Below are positions 19,975 through 28,702 of a stretch of 64,000 nucleotides of DNA, one piece after another. The first letter of the stretch is position 1, and every line of letters starts with the position of its first letter. The position numbers and the translations under genes were made by a program. The notes under the pieces were generated by a model, which was given only the letters and a program-made list of their open reading frames with translations, was not told the DNA's origin and ran no database searches. The stretch is from Rhodospirillaceae bacterium (GTDB lineage Bacteria > Pseudomonadota > Alphaproteobacteria > Rhodospirillales > Rhodospirillaceae), in assembly GCA_050250575.1 (NCBI GenBank), contig JBFWOJ010000018.1, positions 5,816-69,815 on the forward strand, given 5' to 3'.

Positions 19975-21033
19975 ATGTTCGCGATTCGCAAAATCGGAGT
20001 CCTCACCAGCGGCGGCGATTGTGCCGGCCTCAACGCCGTGATCAGGGCGGTGACCGATGCGGCGTCCAACCGCGGCTGGGAGGTGGTCGGCCTGCGTAAC
20101 GGTCACCTCGGGCTCCTCAATGACCCGCCCGATATTCTGCCGCTGACCGCCGATACGGTCCGCGGCGATCTCCTGCGCGCCGGCGGCACCGTGCTCGGCA
20201 CCACCACCAAGGGCGACCCCTTCAAGTTCCCGGGACCCGACGGGACCACCTCCGACCGGTCCGAGGACGTGCGCGCCGCCATCCGCAAGCTACGCCTTGA
20301 TGCTCTGGTCGTGATCGGGGGCGACGGCTCTATGCGGCTGTTCGACCGGCTCCTGGTCGGCGTCGGCATCCCCTGGGTGGGCGTGCCGAAGACGATCGAC
20401 AACGATGTGCCGGGCACCGAGTTCGCCGTCGGCTTTTTCACCGCCGTGGAGATCGTCGGCCAGTCCCTGGACCGGCTGGCCTCCCACGCCGCCAGTCACC
20501 GCCGGATCATGGTGCTCGAGGTCATGGGCCGGGATTCCGGCTTTATCGCCCTGTTCGGCGGCATCGCCGGCGGCGCCGACGTCATCTTGATGCCGGAGTT
20601 CGCCTACGACCTCGATGCCGTCGCGGCGCACGTGCGCAAGATCACGCACGACCGGCCGAGCCCGGTGTTAGTGGTCGTGGCCGAAGGCGTCGCCAGGCCC
20701 AAGGAGGAGCGCCGCAAGGGCACGAACGTCGGCATAGCCATCGCTAACGGTCTGCAGACCCGCACCGGCTTCGATGCCCGCTGTACGGTCCTCGGGCACG
20801 TCCAGCGCGGCGGTACGCCGGCCATGTTTGACCGCTTGCTCGGCTCGGCAATGGGCGCCCGCGCCGTCCACGTGCTTGCCGCGGGCCAGAACCAGCGCAT
20901 GGTGGCTTGGCGCGGCGGTCTTGTCACCGACGTGCCGCTCGCGGACGTCGTGACCGGCCCGCGCTTCGTGGCGCGCGACAGTCAGCTGATTCGTACCGCG
21001 CGGCGCCTCGGCACCTACGTCGGCGAACTCTAA
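19975..21033 (+). CDS. pfk: 6-phosphofructokinase (PfkA family; ATP or PPi dependence not decidable from sequence)
   Basis: The motifs are IGVLTSGGDCAGLNAVIR, VIGGDGS, PKTIDNDV, MGRDSG and LGHVQRGG. Confidence 0.9.
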   Translation: MFAIRKIGVLTSGGDCAGLNAVIRAVTDAASNRGWEVVGLRNGHLGLLNDPPDILPLTADTVRGDLLRAGGTVLGTTTKGDPFKFPGPDGTTSDRSEDVRAAIRKLRLDALVVIGGDGSMRLFDRLLVGVGIPWVGVPKTIDNDVPGTEFAVGFFTAVEIVGQSLDRLASHAASHRRIMVLEVMGRDSGFIALFGGIAGGADVILMPEFAYDLDAVAAHVRKITHDRPSPVLVVVAEGVARPKEERRKGTNVGIAIANGLQTRTGFDARCTVLGHVQRGGTPAMFDRLLGSAMGARAVHVLAAGQNQRMVAWRGGLVTDVPLADVVTGPRFVARDSQLIRTARRLGTYVGEL

Positions 21034-21047
21034 AAGGTTACGGTGCG

Positions 21048-21455
21048 TTAACCCGGCGCGCTGTTCAGCGCCGCCATGACCGCGCCGACGAAGCCGCCGA
21101 CCAGCAAGATCGCCGTGGGGATGAAGCTGAGGCCAAATCCCAGGCTGCGGTTCACGCCGGCATAATAGCGGAAGGCGTAGATCACGCGTCCGATCGGCCA
21201 GAAGACGCCGATCGCCGCGGCAGGCGAATCGCCCCACGCCGCCGCGAAAAGCACGAGCGCCGGAACGAATATGGCGAGCTGCTCGAGGGTGTTGCCCTGA
21301 ACGCGAAGCACGCGCTCGAACTCTACCGGCCCCGTCATCGTCGGCGCGCTGATCTTGAATTTGCCGCGCGCGCTGCCAACGCGCATGGTGACCCAGAAGT
21401 AAACGAAAAGCCCTAAACACAGCACAATTGCGGTGTACGGATAGCTCCCGATCAT
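21048..21455 (-). CDS. MAPEG-family membrane protein (glutathione-transferase-like)
   Basis: It is 135 aa with four hydrophobic segments. The pattern is FERVLRVQGNTLEQL...GRVIYAFRY. Only the 3' end of the 727-aa track ORF is coding. Confidence 0.75.
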   Translation of the reverse strand: MIGSYPYTAIVLCLGLFVYFWVTMRVGSARGKFKISAPTMTGPVEFERVLRVQGNTLEQLAIFVPALVLFAAAWGDSPAAAIGVFWPIGRVIYAFRYYAGVNRSLGFGLSFIPTAILLVGGFVGAVMAALNSAPG

Positions 21456-21714
21456 GATGGTCTCCCCCGAGATGCGCGCGCGGCAAAACGCCGCGCGCGG
21501 CGCTCGCGCGCCGCATCGACTCTCCGGCGCGGGGAGGCTGGAGTCAAAAAAATTGCGCTGCGGGACATTTTTTCTTGATTTCCTGCACAGAAGGCGTAAA
21601 TGCGAACTCAGACGTACGCGCACGTGCCTAAAGCAAATCGCCGTTAAGCAACGACGTAAGCGTCCTTTAGTTGGTTGGACTTGTTGTTTGTCTGATTGAT
21701 AAAGGAGGCCGTGC

Positions 21715-21849
21715 ATGCCCCTTCCGAAAGTACAGAAGCGTCCTCGACGAGCCGCCTGCGTTCCGGCGGCCCTCGTTAATTGCCGGCATATCGCCTGGGA
21801 CGGCCACGATCTCGTGGTCATCTCCAGGTTCGACGTGATCCGGGGTTGA
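21715..21849 (+). CDS. Candidate 44-codon leader ORF upstream of ornithine decarboxylase
   Basis: AAAGGAGG (21701-21708) lies 6 nt before the ATG at 21715. The peptide is MPLPKVQKRPRRAACVPAALVNCRHIAWDGHDLVVISRFDVIRG. It is too short for the ORF track and I know of no homologue. Confidence 0.3.
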   Translation: MPLPKVQKRPRRAACVPAALVNCRHIAWDGHDLVVISRFDVIRG

Positions 21850-21950
21850 GAATCAATCCTGACAATCGAACGGTCCCGGGGCGGGTGCCCGCCGGGAACT
21901 GAGGTTATTTGCGCCGTCGAAAACGGCCATGCTGGGGAATAGCGAGAGAA

Positions 21951-23342
21951 ATGTACGAAGAAAAGTCGCGTAACAACGTCGCAAAACTGATCACCGCCGA
22001 CGCTCCGGAGCACCTCTATCGCTCCGTCGACGACGTCGCCAAGCGCCTCAAGCCCGAAGGCCCGGTGCAGTGCATTTTCCCGGCGTCGATCCGCAGCCAG
22101 GCTGAGAAGTTCCTGACCCAGTTCCCGGGCCAGGTCCTTTACGCCGTGAAGTGCAATCCGGGCGCCGAGTTCCTGCGCCACATGTTCGCCGCGGGCGTAC
22201 GCCAGTTCGACGTCGCCTCGCTCGACGAAGTGCGCCTGGTGAAGGGCCTGTTCGGCAAGGCCGCCCAGCTCCACTTCATGCACCCGGTGAAGAGCCGCGA
22301 GTCCATCCGTACCGCCTATAAGCTGGGCGTGCGCACCTTCTCGCTCGACACCGCGGGCGAGCTCCTCAAGATCCTGGAAGAGACCAAGAGCGCGAAGGAC
22401 CTCAACCTGTTCATCCGCCTCGCGGTGACGGGCAACGGCTCGGCGGCTTACGACCTGTCCGGCAAGTTCGGCGCGGCGCCCTCCACGGCGGCCGATCTGC
22501 TCCGTCACGCCCGCAAGGTCGCGCACAAGGTCGGTGTCTGCTTCCATGTCGGCTCTCAGTGCATGGACCCGGCCGCTTACAAGCTCGCCATCGCCCGGGC
22601 GATCGAAGTGGTCGCAAAGGCCCGCGTGAAGATCGACGTCCTCGACGTGGGCGGCGGCTTCCCGGCCACCTACCCGAACATGACCCCGCCGGCGCTGGAG
22701 AATTACTTCGCCGCGATCACCGAGGCGGCCCAGCCGATGGTGGAGCAGGGCACCGAGCTGTGGTGCGAACCTGGCCGTGCGATGGTCGCGGCCGGCGGCG
22801 CCATGCTTGTGCGCGTGACCCTGCGCAAAGGCCGGCGGCTGTATATCAACGATGGCACCTACGGCAGCCTGTTCGACGCCGGGGCCCTCAATTGGCGTTT
22901 CCCGGTGCGGCTGGTACGTCCGCTGTCCCGCTCCGGCAAGAACTCGAATGCGCCCAACACCCGTACGCCGTCCGAGAAGCTTGTGGCTTTCACGTTCTAC
23001 GGCCCGACCTGCGACAACCTGGACAAGATGAAGGGTCCCTTCATGCTCCCGGAAGACACTCAGGAAGGGGACTGGATCGAAATCGGCATGCTGGGCTCGT
23101 ACGGCTCGACCATGCAGACCCGGTTCAACGGTTTCCACTCCTCGGCGACCGCGACGGTGTGGCCGGAGGCGGCCCCGTTCGCCGCCGAGCGTCCGCGCCG
23201 CGGGGTGACCTTGCGGGTTGTACCGAAGCAACCGGCCGAAGGGCCCGCCCAGCTCGCGCTGGAAGCGCCGCAGCGGTCTGCGCCTGCGGATGAATTGGCC
23301 GCGGACGGCAACATCCGTGCGGAATCCCTTGAGCTAAAGTAA
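21951..23342 (+). CDS. PLP-dependent ornithine/lysine decarboxylase (alanine-racemase-fold, group IV)
   Basis: It has YAVKCNP (the PLP lysine), HVGSQ, GGGFP and EPGR motifs. A ~60-aa C-terminal extension is present. Confidence 0.85.
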   Translation: MYEEKSRNNVAKLITADAPEHLYRSVDDVAKRLKPEGPVQCIFPASIRSQAEKFLTQFPGQVLYAVKCNPGAEFLRHMFAAGVRQFDVASLDEVRLVKGLFGKAAQLHFMHPVKSRESIRTAYKLGVRTFSLDTAGELLKILEETKSAKDLNLFIRLAVTGNGSAAYDLSGKFGAAPSTAADLLRHARKVAHKVGVCFHVGSQCMDPAAYKLAIARAIEVVAKARVKIDVLDVGGGFPATYPNMTPPALENYFAAITEAAQPMVEQGTELWCEPGRAMVAAGGAMLVRVTLRKGRRLYINDGTYGSLFDAGALNWRFPVRLVRPLSRSGKNSNAPNTRTPSEKLVAFTFYGPTCDNLDKMKGPFMLPEDTQEGDWIEIGMLGSYGSTMQTRFNGFHSSATATVWPEAAPFAAERPRRGVTLRVVPKQPAEGPAQLALEAPQRSAPADELAADGNIRAESLELK

Positions 23343-23423
23343 GCACCGTTCCAAGTTAAGTTCTGGGGGGCGGCGCGCTTGCCGCCCCTTCATTTTGCCT
23401 TCATCTGAAAGGATGGCCGACCC

Positions 23424-24530
23424 ATGGCTGCGTCCAAGACTTCGAAATCCGCGAAAAAGAGCAAATCTTCGTCCAAGGCGCCGGCCGCGGTCGGCTCCAA
23501 GAAGGGCGACAACCGCAAGGCCATGCTGCTGTCGAAGCCGGTCGAGCACATCGACATGACCTCCTTCGACGCGCGGCCGATCATCGATTCCATGCGCAAG
23601 ATGTCGTTCACCTCGCGCGACACCGCGCGCGCGGCCGAGATCTTCAACATGATGCTCGCCGATCCGAAGTGCGCGGTGATTCTCACGCTTGCGGGCTCGA
23701 CGTCGGCCGGCGGGTGCATGCAGGTCTATGCCGACATGGTGCGCTTCGGCATGGTCGACGCCATCGTCGCCACCGGCGCGTCGATCGTCGACATGGACTT
23801 CTTCGAGGCCATGGGTCACCGCCATTACCAGGGCTCGCAGTTCAACGACGATAAGGACCTGCGCGACCTTTACATCGACCGCATCTACGACACCTACATC
23901 GACGAGGAGGAGCTGCAGCGCACCGACCGGACGATCGGCGAGATCGCCGACAGCCTGCCGCCGGGGCCGTACTCGAGCCGCGCCTTCATTCGCGAGATGG
24001 GCCGTTGGCTTAAGACCCAGAAGAACCGCAAGAAGAATTCGCTGGTCGAACTCGCCTATGATCACGATGTGCCGATCTTCTGCCCGGCCTTCACGGACAG
24101 CTCGGCGGGCTTCGGGCTTGTGCTCCACCAGGTGCGCAATCCCAAGAACCACATCACGATCGATTCGATCGCGGACTTCCGCGAGCTCACCGACGTCAAG
24201 ATCAAGGCGGGCGGCACGGGCCTGTTCATGATCGGCGGCGGCGTGCCGAAGAACTTCGCCCAGGACACGGTGGTGTGCGCCGAGGTGCTCGGGATCGAAG
24301 CGGAGATGCATAAGTACGCGGTACAGATCACCGTGGCCGATGTGCGCGACGGCGCCTGCTCATCCTCGACGCTCAAGGAGGCCAACTCGTGGGGCAAGGT
24401 CGACAGCTCGGTCGAGCAGATGGTGTTTGCCGAAGCGACAAGCGTTGTTCCTCTGATTGGGTCCGACGCCTATCACCGCGGTCACTGGAAGAAGCGCAAG
24501 GCCCGCAAGTTCGCGCAGCTGTTTAAGTAG
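23424..24530 (+). CDS. Deoxyhypusine synthase-like protein (candidate homospermidine synthase)
   Basis: The DHS-family pattern is LTLAGSTSAGG...ATGASIVDMDFFEA...IGGGVPKNF...SSTLKEANSWGK. It has a Lys/Ser-rich N-terminal tail. Confidence 0.85.
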   Translation: MAASKTSKSAKKSKSSSKAPAAVGSKKGDNRKAMLLSKPVEHIDMTSFDARPIIDSMRKMSFTSRDTARAAEIFNMMLADPKCAVILTLAGSTSAGGCMQVYADMVRFGMVDAIVATGASIVDMDFFEAMGHRHYQGSQFNDDKDLRDLYIDRIYDTYIDEEELQRTDRTIGEIADSLPPGPYSSRAFIREMGRWLKTQKNRKKNSLVELAYDHDVPIFCPAFTDSSAGFGLVLHQVRNPKNHITIDSIADFRELTDVKIKAGGTGLFMIGGGVPKNFAQDTVVCAEVLGIEAEMHKYAVQITVADVRDGACSSSTLKEANSWGKVDSSVEQMVFAEATSVVPLIGSDAYHRGHWKKRKARKFAQLFK

Positions 24531-24558
24531 ACGCGCTGCACGGCGTCAAAAGTTAAAA

Positions 24559-24591
24559 GGGCGGCACCCGGAGGAGGTGCCGCCCTTTTTT
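24559..24591. terminator. Rho-independent terminator (bidirectional position)
   Basis: The hairpin is GGGCGGCAC-ccggaggag-GTGCCGCCC, followed by TTTTTT and preceded by AAAA. Confidence 0.7.
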
Positions 24592-24635
24592 GATGCGGAG
24601 CGGGTGGGGTCGCGAGAACACTATCTCCGCGTTGC

Positions 24636-25481
24636 TCACCGAGGAGTCAGTAGCTCCTTGACCGATGCGACGATCACGTCCGGTGCTTGTGTGTGTAGGT
24701 TGTGGTTGGCCCCGGCGGCGACCACGTGCTTGCCGTTTGTCACCGATTTCGCCAGCAGTTCGTGGGAGAGCCGGAAGACGTCGATCTGGCGCGGGTCGCG
24801 GAACGGCGGCACTTCCGCGGAGACGACGATCAGCGGAATCTTGACCGGAATTTGTTGAGCGTAGACCGCAACGAATGGTGCGTTGCCGGTCTCATCCATC
24901 CTGTTGAAGGCGAAATCGCGTGGGGTTTTGGGATTGGCCTTGGCCCTCGGGGTCATTTCAGCGCCCATCGCGAGCATTGTTGCAGGCGTGTTGGGGTCGA
25001 GAAATAACAGCCCTATCACCGCATATGGATCGCGCGCGGCCCATGTCTGGATGATAAATCCACCATACGAATGACCGACCAAGAGAACGCGCTTGCCAAG
25101 ACCAAGGGAGTTTACGGCGGCGCGGATGGCATCGGTTTCAGCAACGATATCGTATGCGCGCGTGGGGAGCGGACTTTTTCCGAAACCCGGCCGGTCGTAG
25201 GCGATCACTGTCGCGCCTGTTTCCGCCGCGATGCGCGGCTGAAGATCTTTCCACTGAGAAGAATCGTGTCCGCCGCCTGACTCGAGGAAGATTGTCGGTA
25301 AGGAGGGATCGCCAACCTTTACGACGACATTGAAGGCATAGCCATTCGCTTCGACGATCTGCGGGCCGTCAATCGGAGAGCGCGCCTGAATGTCAGCAGC
25401 TTGCGCGTCAACGACGATTGACGCGAGAAGAAGCAGCAACAAGCCCAGATACGACCAGAAGCGCATTGGAGGGAACCTCAA
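24636..25481 (-). CDS. Secreted alpha/beta-fold hydrolase
   Basis: It has a signal peptide, the nucleophile elbow VGHSYGG, and a C-terminal His region (GANHNLH). Confidence 0.8.
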   Translation of the reverse strand: MRFPPMRFWSYLGLLLLLLASIVVDAQAADIQARSPIDGPQIVEANGYAFNVVVKVGDPSLPTIFLESGGGHDSSQWKDLQPRIAAETGATVIAYDRPGFGKSPLPTRAYDIVAETDAIRAAVNSLGLGKRVLLVGHSYGGFIIQTWAARDPYAVIGLLFLDPNTPATMLAMGAEMTPRAKANPKTPRDFAFNRMDETGNAPFVAVYAQQIPVKIPLIVVSAEVPPFRDPRQIDVFRLSHELLAKSVTNGKHVVAAGANHNLHTQAPDVIVASVKELLTPR

Positions 25482-25504
25482 GTCCAGTCCGGCATGTTGA
25501 GAGC

Positions 25505-26689
25505 CTATGGTTGATCAGCCACACCCGGCGCACCGAGTATCGCGAAGACCTGTTCAGCAAGTATCAAGAGGTCGATGTGCGGATCGCCGCGGTTTGTGAG
25601 CAAGGCCAGGCCGACCTGACGCCCGGGAATGAACGCGATGTAAGCGCCGAATCCGGGTGTGGCTCCCTGTTTGGTGACGAGCGCGGCGTCGGGTGCCGGC
25701 TGCGGGGGATCGAGACGCGTGACGGGCGTGGCTTCGCGGATCATCACGGTGCCGTTGCCGGTTCTGAAGGCTTGCGAGGAAACAGGGAGCGGATACCACT
25801 CCCAGATCAGGGCTTGTTTCATCGGCCCGGCCTGGAAACGGCCGGTAGTCGCGGTTGCTAAGGCGCGTCGCAACGTGGGGTCGGTATTGACCAGTCCGAG
25901 GTTTGCTTCCACGAAACGCAAAAGATCTCCGGCCGTTGAGCGGACGCCAAACGCTTCTGCGGCAAGGGGGAAATCTTCCAACGCCGGCATCCGTGGGACG
26001 GGCTGACCGTCGCGAGAGTAGCCTTGAGCGTAGTTCTGCACCTCTTCTTGCGGCACATCATGAAAAGTGTGCGTGAGACCGAGGGGGCTGGATATCTTAT
26101 CGCGGACCAATCGGGAGAACCTGCCCTTTAGCGCTCGTGCTGTGGCAAGACCGAGCAAACCGATGCTCGGATTGGCATAGCTGCGTGTGGTTCCCGTCGG
26201 CGATGCAGGCACCCAGTTGCGGAAATAGGCCACCATATCGTCGTTCGTCCGCACATCACGAGGCAATGTTTGCGGAAAACCGCCGGTGGTATGTGTTGCC
26301 AAGTCAAGCAACGAAACATGATCGAGGTGAGTGCCGCTGATTTCCGGTACGTGTCGGCTCGCTGCGTCCTCCCACCGGAGGGCCCCGGTTTCGGCGGCAT
26401 AAGCAGCGAGGATCGCGGTGAACGTCTTACTGACCGATCCGATTTCGAAGATCGTGCGGTCATTGACCTTGGTTCCCGTCTCCCTCGAAGCAACCCCATA
26501 GAAGAGAAGCTGCCGCCCGGCGGGTGTCACCACGCCGATCGCGAGGCCGGGCGCATTGGCGCGCTCCATGAACGCTTGTGCCGCGGCATTGATTCGAGGC
26601 TCGTCATAAACCTGCGCGTAGGCAGGGGGGTGCGAGAAGATAAACAGCCCGGCCGCGAGCTTGAAAAAGCCGACGCGAAGACCGTTCAT
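25505..26689 (-). CDS. Class C beta-lactamase-like serine hydrolase (AmpC family)
   Basis: It has a signal peptide from M73 of the ORF. The motifs are FEIGSVSKTF (SxSK), YANPSIGL (YxN) and TKQGATPGFGAYIAFIP (a KTG box reading KQG). Confidence 0.8.
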   Translation of the reverse strand: MNGLRVGFFKLAAGLFIFSHPPAYAQVYDEPRINAAAQAFMERANAPGLAIGVVTPAGRQLLFYGVASRETGTKVNDRTIFEIGSVSKTFTAILAAYAAETGALRWEDAASRHVPEISGTHLDHVSLLDLATHTTGGFPQTLPRDVRTNDDMVAYFRNWVPASPTGTTRSYANPSIGLLGLATARALKGRFSRLVRDKISSPLGLTHTFHDVPQEEVQNYAQGYSRDGQPVPRMPALEDFPLAAEAFGVRSTAGDLLRFVEANLGLVNTDPTLRRALATATTGRFQAGPMKQALIWEWYPLPVSSQAFRTGNGTVMIREATPVTRLDPPQPAPDAALVTKQGATPGFGAYIAFIPGRQVGLALLTNRGDPHIDLLILAEQVFAILGAPGVADQP

Positions 26690-26919
26690 GGGGTGTCGCT
26701 CGATCGAGGCGCGCCCACCAGCTCCAGCCGCGCCGACTCGCCGACGTTTACAACCAGATTGAAGATGCTCCCGGCGGGCTCTGATTTGCCAATCGAGACC
26801 GCCCACGAGCTGCCGGCGCACGAATTCATTCCGATCAGGCAGAAGCCGCCGACAATCAGGAGCGAAACAATGCGTGTAATCCCGGGATCCATAGGGATCT
26901 CCCAACCAATCGTATCCGG

Positions 26920-27639
26920 CTAGATGCTGTCCGGCATATTGACCTTGCCGGCGCCCATGATGTCGAAGTCGTGACGCTCGGGGCGGGTGACAAGATCGAC
27001 ATTTCCGGCGCCCATGATCGTCACGTCGGCGTCGTCCGAGGGCGCGGCCTCGGCCTTACCGGCGCCCATGATCGCGAGCTTGAGGCGTTTCGTAGCCAGC
27101 TTGCCGACCCGAGCCTCCCCGGCGCCCGCAATCGTCAATTTCAGGCTGTCGATGCGGCCGTCGGCTTCAACCTTGCCGGCGCCTGCGACGGTCAATTCAA
27201 GATCGGCCTGTTCGATGCCTTCCATGCTGAGCTCGCCGGCGCCGGCCACGGTGATTTCGCGGAAGTCGACTCCCGGCAGTGTGATTTCGATCTTATCGTC
27301 GATATCGCCGCACACGTGCACCGCGCCGTCATGAAGGCGAATGTTCGCGAGATCGTCTGCGTCGCCGCTGATGACGACCTCGGTGCCTTCACCTCGGCGC
27401 CAACGCGTTTCCGCCGGAACGGCAATGACGACTTTACTGCTGCCGTCCCAGGCGATTCGCCCTTCGGATCCGGTTACGTTGGGAGCCTCACCGTCGCAAT
27501 CGTCGCCGCGGAACCCGTCTTTGAAGAGGCGGTGCGACCAGCCGAGGTCGCGATTTCCATCGCTGATCGATGCGCCCATGGCGAAAGTCACGACGCCGAT
27601 CGTGATGCCGCCGAGGGCGATCCAGCCAAGCGTTTTCAT
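26920..27639 (-). CDS. DUF2807 / head-GIN-domain (beta-helix repeat) protein, membrane anchored
   Basis: It has an N-terminal TM helix. Six repeats of the (A/M)GAG type are present (TVAGAGEL, TVAGAGKV, TIAGAGEA, IMGAGKA, IMGAGNV, IMGAGKV). Confidence 0.75.
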   Translation of the reverse strand: MKTLGWIALGGITIGVVTFAMGASISDGNRDLGWSHRLFKDGFRGDDCDGEAPNVTGSEGRIAWDGSSKVVIAVPAETRWRRGEGTEVVISGDADDLANIRLHDGAVHVCGDIDDKIEITLPGVDFREITVAGAGELSMEGIEQADLELTVAGAGKVEADGRIDSLKLTIAGAGEARVGKLATKRLKLAIMGAGKAEAAPSDDADVTIMGAGNVDLVTRPERHDFDIMGAGKVNMPDSI

Positions 27640-27656
27640 GAAAGTCCCTTTTTCTT

Positions 27657-28238
27657 TTAGGAGTGTGACGGCGCGGCATCGCCGCGCTCGAGGAGCGTGT
27701 AATGAAGGCGCGCGAACTTCATGAGAAGGCGTACGCACGCATCCACCAGCCAAATCAGGAAGGCGCCCCCACCGACGCCGAAGGCGATGAAGCTCACGCC
27801 GAACAGCCCGGTTGCGAGCTTATTGAACATCAGATCCGGACCGCCGAGATCGAGGATCGACACCAGCATCGCGATGCCGACGAAGAAGAGCACGACCGCG
27901 ACAAGGCCCGCGATGGCGATGAAGAGCAGGAGAAAGCCCAGCACCGGCAGGAGGATGATGAAGTCCATGGCAATGAGCGCGACGAAGCCCGCCACCGCTG
28001 CCGCGAAGGCGCCCGGGCTGCGCTGGCGCTCCCAACGCTTGAAACCGGCTTCGGCGCGGAGCTCGCGGGCAAGGCGCACGGGATCGCCGAGCGCGCGGGC
28101 GATATCGGCTTCGTTCCGGCCCGCTGATTCGCCCGCCGCGAAATATTCAGCATAGTCGGCGACGATGTCGTCGATCTCGGCCGGGGGAAGCCCCTGGAGC
28201 CGGGTGCGCAAAGTTTCGAGAAATTCACTTCTGGTCAT
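27657..28238 (-). CDS. DUF1700-like membrane protein (PadR-associated)
   Basis: The N-terminus is MTRSEFLETLRTRLQGLPPAEIDDIVADYAEYF, followed by TM helices. An ATGA overlap links it to padR. Confidence 0.75.
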   Translation of the reverse strand: MTRSEFLETLRTRLQGLPPAEIDDIVADYAEYFAAGESAGRNEADIARALGDPVRLARELRAEAGFKRWERQRSPGAFAAAVAGFVALIAMDFIILLPVLGFLLLFIAIAGLVAVVLFFVGIAMLVSILDLGGPDLMFNKLATGLFGVSFIAFGVGGGAFLIWLVDACVRLLMKFARLHYTLLERGDAAPSHS

Positions 28239-28597
28239 TCGGCAACTCCGAGAATTCGTTCCTCTGCCGCGATCCCGGCGTCGGCGAGGATGCGCGCAAC
28301 GTCGGCCGAGAAAGTCCGCCATTCCGCCGCCTGCGCGGCGAGGGCGGCATGTCCGGCTTTGGTCAGCTGGTAATATTTGCGAGGCGGGCCGCTGCTCGAC
28401 TCTTCGAGGTAGGTTTTCACCAGGCCTTCGGTCTGCATGCGGCGCATCAGGGGGTAGATCGTGCCTTCGCCCATGCCGATGTCGTCGGCCAGGCGGCTGG
28501 CGATGTCGTAGGCGTAGCCGTCCCGTTTCGCGAGAAGCGCCATGACGCACATCTCGAGAACGCCTTTGCGCAACTGAACCTGAAGTGATTCCGACAT
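28235..28597 (-). CDS. PadR-family transcriptional regulator
   Basis: The motifs are LRKGVLEMCVMALLAKRDGYAYDI...GTIYPLMRRMQTEGLV...RKYYQLT. Confidence 0.9.
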   Translation of the reverse strand: MSESLQVQLRKGVLEMCVMALLAKRDGYAYDIASRLADDIGMGEGTIYPLMRRMQTEGLVKTYLEESSSGPPRKYYQLTKAGHAALAAQAAEWRTFSADVARILADAGIAAEERILGVAE

Positions 28598-28609
28598 GAA
28601 GGGACGCTT

Positions 28610-28658
28610 CCTTGCACTGATAGGTACACGTTATAGCATGATACCTTGTTATGCAAGG
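28610..28658. promoter_or_regulatory. Imperfect inverted repeat upstream of padR (candidate operator)
   Basis: CCTTGCActgatAGGTA-N15-TACCTtgttaTGCAAGG. Twelve of 17 arm positions pair. It lies 13-61 nt upstream of the padR start. Confidence 0.3.
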
Positions 28659-28702
28659 TAGTAATTTGTCCGGATTTTTGGCAATGCACCGCGTTGATTT
28701 CG

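Noticed and set aside
21456-23231. The upstream 590 codons of the 727-aa minus-strand ORF.
   Set aside because: Only the last 135 codons (MAPEG) look like a real protein. The rest runs antisense to the ornithine decarboxylase gene and through an intergenic region, with Arg/Gly/His-rich composition.
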